Under the pieces are notes generated by a model. That model was not told where the DNA came from and searched no databases. It was given only the letters and a program-made list of their open reading frames with translations. Shown piece by piece: positions 1 through 12,401 of a stretch of DNA of 64,000 bases; position 1 is the first letter of the stretch; every line of letters begins with the position of its first letter. Both the position numbers and the translations under genes were made by a program. Source of the DNA: Adineta vaga. Taxonomy: Eukaryota > Animalia > Rotifera. The stretch lies in the NCBI GenBank assembly GCA_021613535.1, contig CP075494.1, positions 3,658,001 to 3,722,000 on the forward strand. Direction: 5' to 3'.

Positions 1-25
1 ATAATCAAAGCATAGATGCGTAAGC
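1..25 (+). repeat. 25-nt exact duplicate of 2209-2233 (remnant of a tandem paralog)
   Basis: ataatcaaagcatagatgcgtaagc occurs at 1-25 and 2209-2233; 55-90 also resembles 2460-2495. Confidence 0.75.
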
Positions 26-1399
26 CACTGGATAATTATTGCCTTTTCTATATCTCGTAGTAGCTTTGATATAAATACAAAATATTATATTATCATAACT
101 ATTATATTTAATTGAAATGTAATGAAAACTTTCTGTCACTCATACGTGTATAAGCAATGGAATTTAGTTGTAATTTAGATTTTATCAAGTGACACGGAAT
201 AGTTTTCATCATAGAAGTCATGAATGTAAGATAACGAATTACACGAGAAACTATGACATAGTATAGATATACTCAGTCAGATCTCATAACAAAACTTGAA
301 TAATTTTCATCGAGAATGTGAAGATCAAATGAGCAACATGTTATTCGATCATTGACAAAAAAAAAAAAAACTCTCTTATAACAAGAAAAAAGAGCAATGC
401 AATACCAACATTCACTAAAATGAATCATAGACAAGACGGTGTGATAGTCAATGCGAATATACTCTCACCACACTCACAAGAGCAGACAGATACTCCAATA
501 GTATCAATATAACATCATCTTCTCATCTATCTCTTTCAATTTTCACATCCATATCGAAAATCGCATAAGAATTAAAAAGTTCTGTAAGTACAAAGTCGAT
601 TGTTTCACTTTGTCGAAGGTACTTTCAAGGGTTATACAATGAAAGTACATATAAATACTTCAAATGCAGAATTCAGCTGGTTTTTTCTAACTTAATCAAG
701 AAGAGAAGACTATAGAATTTATTCATTATATGCATCTATATAAGTGAGTTAATTATTCAATTTAGAAACAGAATAATGAATTAAAAAAATACAAAACTCT
801 TTGTATCATATCTTAGAATTTTATTTGTAGAATGAAATCTGTATCAGGAATAATGAAACTGTCTAGTAAAATGGATAAACCTCATATTAAAGGTACCAAA
901 AATGCTTTGAAGATCTATACAACATCCAAAACTTCTATTGAAACAAATCTCCGAACACATCACGTTTGATCATTGCTTTACTTTTCGTCGTTTTCCTCAT
1001 TAATATTTTGTATTTATTAGAATAATCAAACTCAGAATGGTTCCGTCTCCTTGGTAAATTAATTAACATTAAAAATTATTTTGGTTATTTAACGTTGGGC
1101 TTTTAATATCCATGGCAAAGTTCATTAAGAAAAAAGACTACGATCATGGGATATTGAACATTCATTAATATATAATAACCAAAAAATTAAAGAACATGAA
1201 AATCGTATTTCTTTTTCTACATATTCAAATTCAGAATAATTTCCAAACGTCGACTTTATTATTTATTATGCTCAACTTGTTGTACAGCATTGTTATTATG
1301 TGGTATAAGCATTTTGTTCTTGCTAACATGTGATACTGTTATTAATTATGTATTTCCAATTTTAAATTATCGTTTTCAATATAGCATTAATAATACGTT

Positions 1400-2650
1400 A
1401 TATTCGTCAGAAAAGAAGAATTCAACGAGTCTTCAATCATCCACATCGACGACACTTATATTACAATTGACATCAGTGTGTCTTTTACATTTTATTTTCT
1501 TTTTACCTCAATTTGTCATTATTCTGCGTAAATGTCTAGGTTTCTAGAAAAGAATTTGTTTTCTGTATATTCGTAATTATTTTTAGCCACAACTATAACA
1601 AGTTCAACATCGAGTAAAAAATATTCATCATTCCTTTTGTAAATAATATGAGAAAAAGAATTTATTCAACATTCGTTTAGTAAATGTCGTCAGTAATTTT
1701 GTATAGCATAGTCAATCTTTTCGTTGTTGTATATCGTCAACAATTACAACAAGTGAAATTACTATTATTAATTCGTATTTATTATTTTCTTCAATCGTTC
1801 TAGATACTGAAACATCAACATCAATTTCAAGTATAACAACATTACGATGTTAGAATATTATTCAATATAATAAGTATTTATTTATTTTAAGCTTCAACAT
1901 TGTATATTCTACTACGACAACGATTACGAAAAGTATATCTTATTATTTAATTTAAATGAATTCTAATAAAATTATTTTATTGTACGTCAGCATTCTACAA
2001 ATCTAAAAATCAACTACGAGTAAATCAATGTTTGAAAGACTGTTTACAGCGTTTCTTATAGAAAAGATTTTAGTTATCTTTGATGATATTCATAATTATC
2101 TTTAGTAATCTTCTGGTATCAGTTTTCTGAAAGAAGCAACTTTAGTCACTTCAAAATACTTCTACTAGTGAAACAAGTTGGGCTCAATATGCATACAGTT
2201 ATACAGCAATAATCAAAGCATAGATGCGTAAGCTGCTGGATTATTGGCTGTAGATGGATCTAATGAAATGTATATTTTAATAGATGATGTATCGATTGTT
2301 GATACAAATAATTCATCCGTTCAATTATTGAATAATCCAAGTTTTTAAACTTCATCAACAACATTTACAGATTGGTTTCTTTGGTGTACAAATACTTCTT
2401 GATCCTGTTCGAGAAGTATAATCTTCTAAACACTGATATTTTAATTTGATTTTCGATTTCGTAGGCAATTGATTAAATACAAAATATTACATTGTAATAA
2501 TGGTGGTGCTGATTATCTCGTACAAACATTTTCAGCCATAATCAATCGATCTTATAATATTTCATTATGGTTTCGACGTGGAAGAGATCTGTCTGTGATG
2601 TAATCGATACTAAAAATTCTTCATGTTGGTATTATTCGATTAATATAATG
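1400..2650 (+). pseudogene. Decayed gene: Ser/Thr-rich stalk encoded by micro-exons followed by a putative carbohydrate-binding beta-sandwich domain
   Basis: Short Thr/Ser-rich exons flanked by ttag|...|gt. Remnant peptides TSETSWAQYAYSYTA, DDVSIVDTNNSSVQLLNNPSF and GGADYLVQTFSAIINRSYNISLWF are interrupted by stops and frameshifts. Boundaries approximate. Confidence 0.5.
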
Positions 2651-3355
2651 ACATTAATTAATATACGTAGACATTCGGGTTTTTTCCATGCCTTTTACGT
2701 AACACTCGGATTCAAATCTGAGATTTTCGCATTTAAGGTTCTAATGATACAGACGATTATTTTACATATTTTTATTCAGTAAAAGAAAATTCATTCAAAT
2801 AATCAAAATACTTTACGAACGAAACGGAATATGAAAGTATTTTTAAAAAAATTTCCTTTTCATTGACATTCTTCTTGTTGACCCATCCACCCTGTATCAG
2901 CTTCTATTGCTGATTCGATAACAATTCTTTTTACGTATCAATAAGTCAAAAACATCTTTTTACTAAACTTAATTATCGTTGAATCACTCTCGAAGAAGAA
3001 ATATCGGTCAACCTAGAACTATCAATCATAGAAAAATATAAACAATTACAGTATATTACCAAAAGTCAAGTAATTTTATATACACAGATTTTATTACTTC
3101 GTAATAATGAATCCAATGGTTGTGCATTAAATTTTCTCATGTACTTCAATGACTGTTTTTTATTCTTTCTTCATTCTCATACAAAAAAATCTCAATGAAT
3201 AATAAGAGTGAATCGATGCGATTTATCCTTTTGCTCTTTATCTTATCTATTTAATGCATGTGTGCATAGAATAAAAATGATTTTTTATGTATCATTTCAT
3301 ATATATATGTGCATATAACATCGATTTTTTTTCTATCTTGTTTATCTTCTAGTAA

Positions 3356-3755
3356 ATGGCAAGCGAAGGATCGTTTGATTTTCATGTTCGACTTATTGAT
3401 GAGAACGACCAACTTTCACAAGATGATCGCGCAAAATTACATTTTCTTTTCCGTCGTTGTATTCCACGCAAAATCGCCGATGATCGTACTTTTGAAGGAA
3501 CTCTTGATTTATTTGTAAGACTTTTTGATCAAGGCTCGATGAGTGAAACGGAATTCGGTATACTTATTCGAGCATTTCAAGGAATTGGACTTCATGCTGC
3601 TGCTCGTCGGTTAGAAGGTACTATAAAACAAACGACAACTTTAACTTCATCATCAGTTATTTTGATTTTTAGAATTTCAACAATCAATGCAACGAAAATC
3701 GAACAATAGCACTAAACAAGTACCAACGAAGACATCATCAGTTCCCGTGTTTTAA
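3356..3755 (+). CDS. Small death effector domain (DED)-like protein, 2 exons (intron 3618-3672)
   Basis: Helical pattern LSQDDRAKLHFLF..IPRKI...TLDLFVRLFDQGSMSETEFGILIRAF resembles death-fold DED. The GT-AG intron restores frame to TAA at 3753-3755. Confidence 0.65.
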
Positions 3756-3859
3756 GAGACAATTCTATAGATTGATTTGTATATATATCATTCTGCAATT
3801 GAACTATATCTTGTCTTTTTATTTTACTTTATCAATTCACTAAAATGAATTAGTATACG

Positions 3860-3903
3860 TGAGGGTGTGGATGAGAATAATATCACTCACGCCCACACCT
3901 TCA
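3860..3903. repeat. Telomere-like hairpin element overlapping the stop codon of the ART-TPR gene
   Basis: tgagggtgtgg (3860-3870) and ccacaccttca (3893-3903) form an inverted repeat with 1 mismatch. Confidence 0.7.
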
Positions 3904-6730
3904 ATATGTTGAATATTAAAAGTCCACACGTCGTTGCAAAAGATATTTTAATAAATAGATTTTTTTTCCGTTTTTGCTCGTCAGCTTTTGTTGTTTGGAT
4001 ATTTGCTATTATGTCATAATTATCGACGGCAACGGGATCATCTTTGCCAGTTACAAAAGTTAATGATCTTAAACAATAATGATATGCTTGATCAAAGTTC
4101 AAAATTTCATAGTAAATACGAGCTAGACCATTGAGAACTTTCCCGTAGTCATTTCGGTTCGTTTCAATGTATTTTTCTAGCATATGTTGCGCTTGACTGC
4201 AATGCTTTATTGCCATCTCATATTGACCAAGTTTTGTGAAACAACATCCCAAGTCATTATACAATTGTGCCATTTCAATATCTTTGGATTGTTCTTCTGT
4301 ACATAGTGCTTTATGAAAATATTCTATAGCAGAATGATAGTTTTCTAATTTAAAATGATAAGCTGCTGTAGTTTTAAGCACAAGCGTCAATTGATTGGAA
4401 TCGACAGGTATGATCTGTTCATAAGAAGAGCAAAGTTGTTCACATATTCTTAAAACTGAATAGTCATCTTGTTTCTGTTCATAAAGTTGACCTAATTGCC
4501 ATAATAACGAAATTATTTTCGCTATATTTATCGATGGAAATCGCTGGTAAATTTTCAAGGCCTTCTTCGATTGTTCTATTGCTAGATCATATTGATGACT
4601 ATGCTGATAGGCTGGTGCCATAAAAGAATAAATATACGCTAACGCATCGTCCTGCAGTGGAAAGTATTCTTCATAGAATGTGAGTGATTGATTATAGTGA
4701 AGAACCGCCGAGTAATAATCGTTTTTCTCTGCATGGCACAAACCAATATCGTAATGTAAGTCGGCTGCAAATCCCACGTTAAATGGTAATAACTTTTCGA
4801 TGATCGAAAGTGCTGTTGTACAATGTTTTAGACTACTTTCGTAATTTCCTAATCTTTTGTGTGTTTTACCGAGATACATTTCCGTACATCCTATATCCAC
4901 ATGGGTATTTGGAAGGACTTGTTCTTGTATTTCCAATGCTTGTTCCAAATAGTTCAAAGCTAACATATACTCCTCACAATAATAATGACAACGAGCAATA
5001 TGATATAAATCATTGGCTATGTGAGGACTTATCCGAGGATAAAAGTTCATTTCGATATCGAGTGCTAGCTCATAGGATGCCAGTGCTTCATCGTAGTTTC
5101 TTCGCCGAAAACTCACGTCAGCAATACCAATTAAATTCTTGGCTCGATTCTGTTCTTGATCAGGTAACACCTTGATTGAGCGAGTATAGAAATCCACAGC
5201 CAATTCGTCTTCTCTTTGCTTACTGTACATATATCCGAGGGAAAATAAGATCTGTGCAAGATCTCCTAAATCGATATGTTCCATGTTGTTCGTGCATAAT
5301 TCATGAGCGATGAGCATATGATTTAATGCTAAATCGTATTGACCAACACAAACATATGCATGAGCTAATCCAGCATGAGCAATATATTGCTGGCGATGAT
5401 TAGATGTAGTACGCTGTACTAGATCTTGAAAATAGCGTAGAGCTTTTGTCGACTGACCTATGTTCATCATTAAGTTACCAAAGTAATATTCGGTCCAGGC
5501 CAGTGTAGTTATTTGATTTTTCATATCATCTATAAACTCACTCTTGATCTGTTGTTCCTGCTTCACGCTGGCTAGTTTAATTGTCCACAAATCTCCATTA
5601 TGCTGAACGTCGAGGATTTGAAAAGTTGCGCCCAACTCAATCAACACTTCTTCTTCATTCGGCAACTCACTATACTGTGAGATATTAGCAAAATGAATAG
5701 TGTCAATTGGATCCTGTGATAGATCAATCTTTATTTCATAGAGAACATTAGCGGAGAAGACTCGAGCAACTTCCGGTGACCAACTGGTAGATAAAAATCC
5801 ATTCGTTGCTATTAATTGATTGATATTCATTTGAAGTTTTTTAATTTCCTCGTCTGTTAAAGTTTGTCCACGGTATAGTGTGATAACCATAGATGGAAGA
5901 TAATCTTTGAGAGTCTCATATTCTCTTTGTAAACAAATGCAAAGATCGACTATATAGTATCGAAATGAATAAAATAATTCAATATCTTCAGATCTTAATG
6001 ATTTATTCAATATTCGAAAGAGAAACGTGTCTTTCGTATACCATTTTAATGCATCCGTAGGTTGATATGTTTGTTCAAATTCATCAATTTTTTTCAGATA
6101 AGATGGATTCGATTGATAATATATACGACATATATCGAGCATTTCTTGTCTGGCTGCTTCTGTTTTACTTGCGGTCATATTCATCAGATATTCTTTTGCT
6201 AATTGATGCCACAAAAAACTTGGCGATTCACGAGATAAATCTCGAATTGATTTTTCTGTTTGATGATATAAACTAAATGTCACTAATTGTTGAATTAGTG
6301 AACGTATTTTATTCTTAATCGCAATAAATAATGCATCATATCCAGTGTAGATCTCCACTATCTTCGAATAATTACGGGACAGAGTCAGATAATGACATGC
6401 ATTCATGCAGAAAATATAGATAGAATCAATATTAGTATTATCGTGAATAATTGGCAGTACATCTACAGCTAATTTACCAGAAATGATCACGATCATTGTT
6501 TCATTTTGAATACTATTGATTGAATGAAGAAATTCATCTTTGCTAATGCATGTGATTACATGTCCATTTAACTGTTCAATGGTTTGTTTGAGTTGATCAT
6601 CGATAGATTCATCAAACCAAATTAATACTACATCATGATTCTCAGTTGATTTAACAAGATCAAAGATCTTCTGCAATTGTAGACCATCGATCAAACGCTC
6701 TTTGATATGCTCAGAGCAGTCACCCGCCAT
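3887..6730 (-). CDS. Pseudo-receiver + R-S-E ADP-ribosyltransferase + TPR-repeat protein
   Basis: Intronless ORF, ATG at 6730 (MAGDCS). ART motifs TLYRGQ, GFLSTS, PNEEEVL; >10 TPR repeats; N-terminal (beta/alpha)5 pattern; hydrophobic C-terminal tail. Confidence 0.9.
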   Translation of the reverse strand: MAGDCSEHIKERLIDGLQLQKIFDLVKSTENHDVVLIWFDESIDDQLKQTIEQLNGHVITCISKDEFLHSINSIQNETMIVIISGKLAVDVLPIIHDNTNIDSIYIFCMNACHYLTLSRNYSKIVEIYTGYDALFIAIKNKIRSLIQQLVTFSLYHQTEKSIRDLSRESPSFLWHQLAKEYLMNMTASKTEAARQEMLDICRIYYQSNPSYLKKIDEFEQTYQPTDALKWYTKDTFLFRILNKSLRSEDIELFYSFRYYIVDLCICLQREYETLKDYLPSMVITLYRGQTLTDEEIKKLQMNINQLIATNGFLSTSWSPEVARVFSANVLYEIKIDLSQDPIDTIHFANISQYSELPNEEEVLIELGATFQILDVQHNGDLWTIKLASVKQEQQIKSEFIDDMKNQITTLAWTEYYFGNLMMNIGQSTKALRYFQDLVQRTTSNHRQQYIAHAGLAHAYVCVGQYDLALNHMLIAHELCTNNMEHIDLGDLAQILFSLGYMYSKQREDELAVDFYTRSIKVLPDQEQNRAKNLIGIADVSFRRRNYDEALASYELALDIEMNFYPRISPHIANDLYHIARCHYYCEEYMLALNYLEQALEIQEQVLPNTHVDIGCTEMYLGKTHKRLGNYESSLKHCTTALSIIEKLLPFNVGFAADLHYDIGLCHAEKNDYYSAVLHYNQSLTFYEEYFPLQDDALAYIYSFMAPAYQHSHQYDLAIEQSKKALKIYQRFPSINIAKIISLLWQLGQLYEQKQDDYSVLRICEQLCSSYEQIIPVDSNQLTLVLKTTAAYHFKLENYHSAIEYFHKALCTEEQSKDIEMAQLYNDLGCCFTKLGQYEMAIKHCSQAQHMLEKYIETNRNDYGKVLNGLARIYYEILNFDQAYHYCLRSLTFVTGKDDPVAVDNYDIIANIQTTKADEQKRKKNLFIKISFATTCGLLIFNILKVWA

Positions 6731-7273
6731 TTCGTAACTAAGCCTCAGGAAGTAGAATGTTTCATATTGACGCACTTCAACTACTCATTTTATGTCTGAT
6801 CATTTTCTACTTGTATTTCTCATCGTACAGAGAAAAAAAAAGGTGAGTCATAATTAAATTAAAAGGAAGAAAGATTGTCCACATGGTAAAGATAATAACG
6901 TAGGTTATATTTTTCTTACATCGATTGCATTTTCCTTACAAGCAATATAAGAATGAATAAATTATATTAGTAACACATGCGCGATATTTTCTTTTACAAT
7001 TTCTCCTCACCTTGATGTTTTCAATATGTATAAACTGACATTAGTCTTCTGCTCTGAATATATATATATATATTTATGTAGGTTTCACTAGACCAGTGTG
7101 GGTAAGATAAGTGCGATAGCGATGAGAATATGGACAAAGAATGCGATTTTCAGCCTTACTCTCGAAATATGTCATCAAATAAATATATTATTGTAGCTCA
7201 TTAAACGAGTAAGACAATTCATTTCAAAAAGAAAGCAAGGAAATATCCTTTTTTTCATACATGTGTAATGTTT

Positions 7274-8122
7274 TCAAACATTTTCATCTGGATATTGTCC
7301 CATCATTCTTAATTCTGAGTAAGAGACACAAGTACTTTCTCCACCTTTTGAAGTGGTAAGAAAACGATAGCTTGCAAACGGTAACACATTATCAATTAAT
7401 GTTTGAGTTTCACCAAAAGATTGTCTTTTTGAAATAGACTGGAGACCCGAGCTACCATTATAAATCAAAGTCCAACTGTTTCTCAAAGTTAACTCAGATT
7501 CATTATTATTGCTGCCTTCGATTGTGATTGTCACGGGATCGCGTTCTCGAGAATTCTTATTTGTAGCCATTCGAAAATGCATAAGGACAAATGATTTGCT
7601 TTTGAATGTTAGATAAAAACCAGTTTTTAAGCCGCATTCTGTTGAATGGTAGGACCATGCATCACAAATACCATGATTGGTATATGCTACTACTTCGTTT
7701 GTCCTTCGAAAGATTTTTAAACCTATAGATAAAGAATAATAAGATTAATATGACCATGAGATAAATGTATTTACTGGAATGAAATGTCAGATATTCTATA
7801 TTCTTCTTTCATCTGATCATTTACACTAAAGGTTTGTATAGGGCTTTTACTTGTTGGTTTTGTAGCTGTTGCCGTCACTATAACGACTGAAGTTGTTGTA
7901 AATGATGCATTCATATTCATCGTAGTTAAACTTGTCGTAGCCGTCTTTCTCAATGAAATAATTGTTATAGGAACTACGATTGCTATGATAATTGATAATC
8001 CCAGAGTAATACTGATGATCATCCACAATCGTCGTTTATGATTACTGCCTTGAAGTCTAGAGAATATTTATACTTGTGCAATAAACATGTTAAATAATGG
8101 AATTGACTTACTCTGTAGCCAT
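7274..8122 (-). CDS. Type II membrane protein with Thr-rich stalk and galactose-binding-like (F5/8-like) C-terminal domain
   Basis: Spliced start MATE|LQGSNHKRRLW, TM segment, Thr-rich stalk, then CGLKTGFYLT...RDPVTITIEGSN...WTLIYNGSSGL...FASYRFL...VSYSEL. Internal intron structure uncertain. Confidence 0.6.
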
Positions 8123-8456
8123 CACAATCACAATTCACAATAATTATCCTTTATTTTGTAATGTAGTTATTCAACGCGATTCTCTTTAGTATATAATGAA
8201 ATTCAAGAAGAAAAAGAAAAATCGTTGATAATTACTATTTTTAGTTAATTATGAACATAAAGCATTTACTTTATCTGTTTTCGCAAAACCCATCTGTTGC
8301 TGTTTTTTTATGTACCCAAAATGGAATAAGCCGTTTTGCATGTACTGTTAAAGATACAAAGTTATTATTAATCGTTCACAAAAGATGATCATAATTGTAG
8401 ATAAATATGTTAATTGAATATAATCTCACATCTACATACATGAACTCCATATTCTA

Positions 8457-9040
8457 TTAATCGTCATACGGAGCATAATGTTTACAGTTAGGATGACGTC
8501 GATGATTATCATCTCGTCGTATTCGTTCATAATCAGCTAAGTAAGACCAACAAAACTCATGTCGACATTTGATACAAGTCATATGATCGCATCCTTTATT
8601 TTTCTCGATTTGAAATGGACAATTAGGGTATTTTTTTTGAGTTTTGAATGATCCATAGCCGACTAGCTTCATCATTCGTATTGGTTATTGCATCGTACTC
8701 TGCACACGTCAATCTTTCATGCCATGCCACTTTATGAATGAAGCATGTTTTCCGATGGCAATTAAAACAAGTGACAATATTATATCCCTCTCTACCATCA
8801 TTCAATTGTCCCATACCACAAGCAGGATTTGAACACCAAATAAAATCATTCATTTGTTCTAATTGTGGATGAAAAATAAATCGTTCATATCTGTCGAAAA
8901 GTCTGTCATCTTTATTCTGTTGAAGAATACGTTTGACTGTTTCATAATCAAGTTGGATGGCACAACCTAGTTCATGACATCGAACATCATCTTGACATGT
9001 TTCTTGAAAAGTGCTTTGGACATGATGAAAGACACATGAT
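8457..9040 (-). pseudogene. RBR (IBR-RING2) E3 ubiquitin ligase, frameshifted
   Basis: IBR FIWCSNPAC...VTCFNCHRKTCFIHKVAWHERLTC and RING2 IEKNKGCDHMTCIKCRHEFCW lie in different frames (shift in an A-run near 8635). Cys losses (KKYPNC, CWSY); RING1 incomplete. Confidence 0.8.
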
Positions 9041-9977
9041 GATTAATGAGCAGAAAAGATGTCACAGTTTTGAACCTTTGTTCTAGATAAGATAAAGGGA
9101 AGTCAACGTATTCGGATATGCGACAGAAACGAGAAGTTTAACTTTGTAAACGCTGATCAAAGTGAAGCATCTCTTGTAAAGTTCCTTCACACCTATATAC
9201 TGTATAGTATATATATACATTTGGTCCTGGAATGACAACAACGGTGATTTTGGAGCAAATTTTGTATGTGCACATTTTTTCCATGACTTTTGTATATACT
9301 ATGGTCCACAACAGATGATTATCAAAATGATTGCCACTGTTGCAGTTACACAAATAGTTACTATACCGGCTATACCACCTGCTGAATCTGTATAAAAATA
9401 AAAATAAAAATAAAAATTTGGTATATTTGAGAATATTTGCCATTTCCTATAATGTCAATGAAATAACTCACATTTCGATCGAGATTTTATGGCTGGTTTC
9501 AGAATAAATATGGTTTCATTGCTGGTATACATGGTGATAATTGCTACAAATACTTCACAAATAACTCTCTTCCTTTCGACCGTTTCAACAAATATTTGGT
9601 TTATTCCAACTATTAAACCTTCTTTATCGTCTTCGTTTCACATCTTGTTTATCTATTCAGAAATGTTTGCTGACATTGTTGAATAAGTAACAATTGTTGA
9701 GGGAGATCCCTCATCATCTATCCCTTCGATTTGCACCATCTCCATTTACGTGATGTTGCATAAACAGATGAACAAAGATGTATAAAAACTTTCATCTATA
9801 TAGTTTCACTCGATGGATAGTATATTCGATACGAGTGATTATCATTCTATTTTCAAAAAAAAAGCAATGTGATATGATTGCTTGAATTATATAAAAAAAT
9901 CAATTAATTTCAACGTTTTGTAAGTTAATCCTTTATATATTGTGTTGTTGATACTCATTGAAATTAACAATCATAGA

Positions 9978-11199
9978 ATGTGGTCTAAGTTTTACTTTAT
10001 ATTCCTTATTAGTTCACTCATTGAAGCTGTACCACGAACTGATGTTACAGTATCAGGTTTATCTTCTGGTGCTGCAATGACAGCACAATTACATCTTGTG
10101 TTTTCATCGACAATTAGTGGAAGTGGTGTTCTTGCTGGTCCACCATATTATTGTGCTCAAGGTAGTTCGACTAAAGTTGATGAATGTTTGTATGGTCCAA
10201 CTAAATCAATTCCTGTCGAAAAACTTATCAATCAATTACAATCATATGTTACAGCTGGTACTGCTGATCCAACATCCAATCTAAAAAATGATCCCGTATA
10301 TATTTTTTCTGGTGCATATGATCCTATAGTCTTACCAGATCGTGAAACTCAATAGAAATATATTTTCATCATTTGATACTAATATAACAACTAACTTCAA
10401 GATGCGAACGACACATGGTTATATAACAGATAATTTTGGTGGAATATGTGAAGTTCCTGATCTAAAATATTTTATTAATAATTGGTATGTAGGAAACAAC
10501 AACATATAACAATTTAATTCTTTTCCTCTATTCATATAGTTCTTTTAATTTGGCTTTTGAAGTATTAAATCATATATTTGGTGGAAATCTTACTAAACCG
10601 CCACAATCAGTACCGTTGACAGGTCAATTCATTACAATTGAACAACCAGCAATGATGAATCCAGAATCTATCAATATAACAGATTTGAAAGAAACTACAA
10701 ATATTTTTTCATATTGGGCAAATTGGTTGAAAACATCAACGAATACGTCTAAATTTCCAGGTTCAATTGAAATATCATCTTTTAATGGATCTAGTTTTGA
10801 TAAAGAAGGTTATGTTTATTATCCAACAAATTGTACGAAAGTAAAGAAATGTCCAATTCATGTTGCTCTTCATGGATGTTTGCAAGGTTGAAAAAACATT
10901 CTTTTTTCTTTGTATGTATAGAGAATTCAATCTTTTCTCTTATAGGTAAATGGCGTATTGGTGATGTATTTGCTAAGAAAACTGGTTATTTAGAAGTTGC
11001 TGAACTCAATGATATAATTATATTATTTCCACAGATTATTGCAACACGCACCGATCCTTCAAATAAAGAAGGTTGTTGGGATTGGTGGGGTTATACTTCT
11101 TCAAATTATGCTAATAAATTAGGTCCAGAAATGGCAGGTGTGAAAAAAATGATCGATAGCTTAAGGACCATCAATACTGCTTTACATTCTCATAAATAA
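9978..11199 (+). pseudogene. Secreted poly(3-hydroxybutyrate) depolymerase-family esterase, one frameshift (~10340), 2 introns
   Basis: Signal peptide, VSGLSSGA lipase box, [28 protein letters not shown]. Introns ~10484-10539 and ~10887-10945; frame break after VLPD. Confidence 0.85.
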
Positions 11200-12401
11200 A
11201 GAAATTTCGAAAGAAATAAAAATCATATCTAATGAAAAAATTGTTTTAGTAATATGAAAGGTTCAAATGGTGGATAACGATGATGATAAACGAAACAAAA
11301 AGAATATCTATACTTTCACCCACTCCCATACCCACCCTAGTAATTATTCCTGGATTACGAGTATCTAAGAGTTGTGTAGGAAAAGATTCTTAAAAAGTAT
11401 TACGAAGGTTTATGATGATGTTTTTCTCTTTAGTCACATACATACGATGAAGAACATTTTGACCTTCTGAAATATTTTGAAATTATGGAAAAGAACGCAA
11501 ACAAATTTATTTTTGCTTCTATCAACTTAAGGTGAAAAAAAAGTATCATTATACCAACAACCATTACTCTATGTTTGTTGTGTATTCATATCATAATTGG
11601 GATTTTTTTCATATTTTCTCCTTGAAAATGATGTGCAAACGAGGAGAAGAAAATGGTTTATTGACGCAGTTCATTGACGTCATTAGAACACAAAATAGTA
11701 TCTATCTGTTATGTCTTTTCTCTTCGGTTTGCTTGTTTGATTTTTCTTTTGAATGACAGAGCAAAAGATAATTAATGCCTATGATTCGAATGATGAATGA
11801 TAAAAACAAAATACCTTTCGTTTTCTCTCTCTCTCTCTCTTTCCCTGTATCGAAATATTTTATTTATGATTATATACGTCACTAAAATATTTCACCACGC
11901 GTTCATTCATCACCTACCATTAATTATCATTGCACAATTTTCAGTGAAATCATTGAAATTCAGACTATTTATTACACTATCAAACCTTCGATATCGAATA
12001 TTAATATGCGGTTTATGGTATACGTGGCGTGCGTTTACACAGTGAAAAAAAGTGTCATTAGTCGTTTGAGAGTAAGTGCGGAATATTCAAACGACTTTTT
12101 TTTTTCTTTTTGCGAATTTTCTTGCATACCTATCTCAATCACGAGTGAATCTTTCGCTTCTCCATTGTTTCGTAATATGTATTTTTATAGAGCTGTACTC
12201 ATCACCCTTAGTTTTTCTTCTCTATTATTCTTGCTTATTCATTTGATTTGCGTCATCGAAAGTTATTTTCGATCTACTCTTATAAAAGGCCGATAACATC
12301 AGCATTGTTATATATTAACATACGCATTTAAAATATCGTTACTTCGTCATACATAACTTTATAAAATATTGTAGATAACAATTTAAAAAAAAAATAAAAC
12401 A

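Noticed and set aside
4810-5175. Antisense or alternate-frame ORFs overlapping real genes (also 35317, 12463, 54839 and others)
   Set aside because: Shadow ORFs of well-supported coding sequences.
9138-9750. ORFs upstream of the RBR pseudogene
   Set aside because: Multiple stops; could not be assigned or joined reliably.
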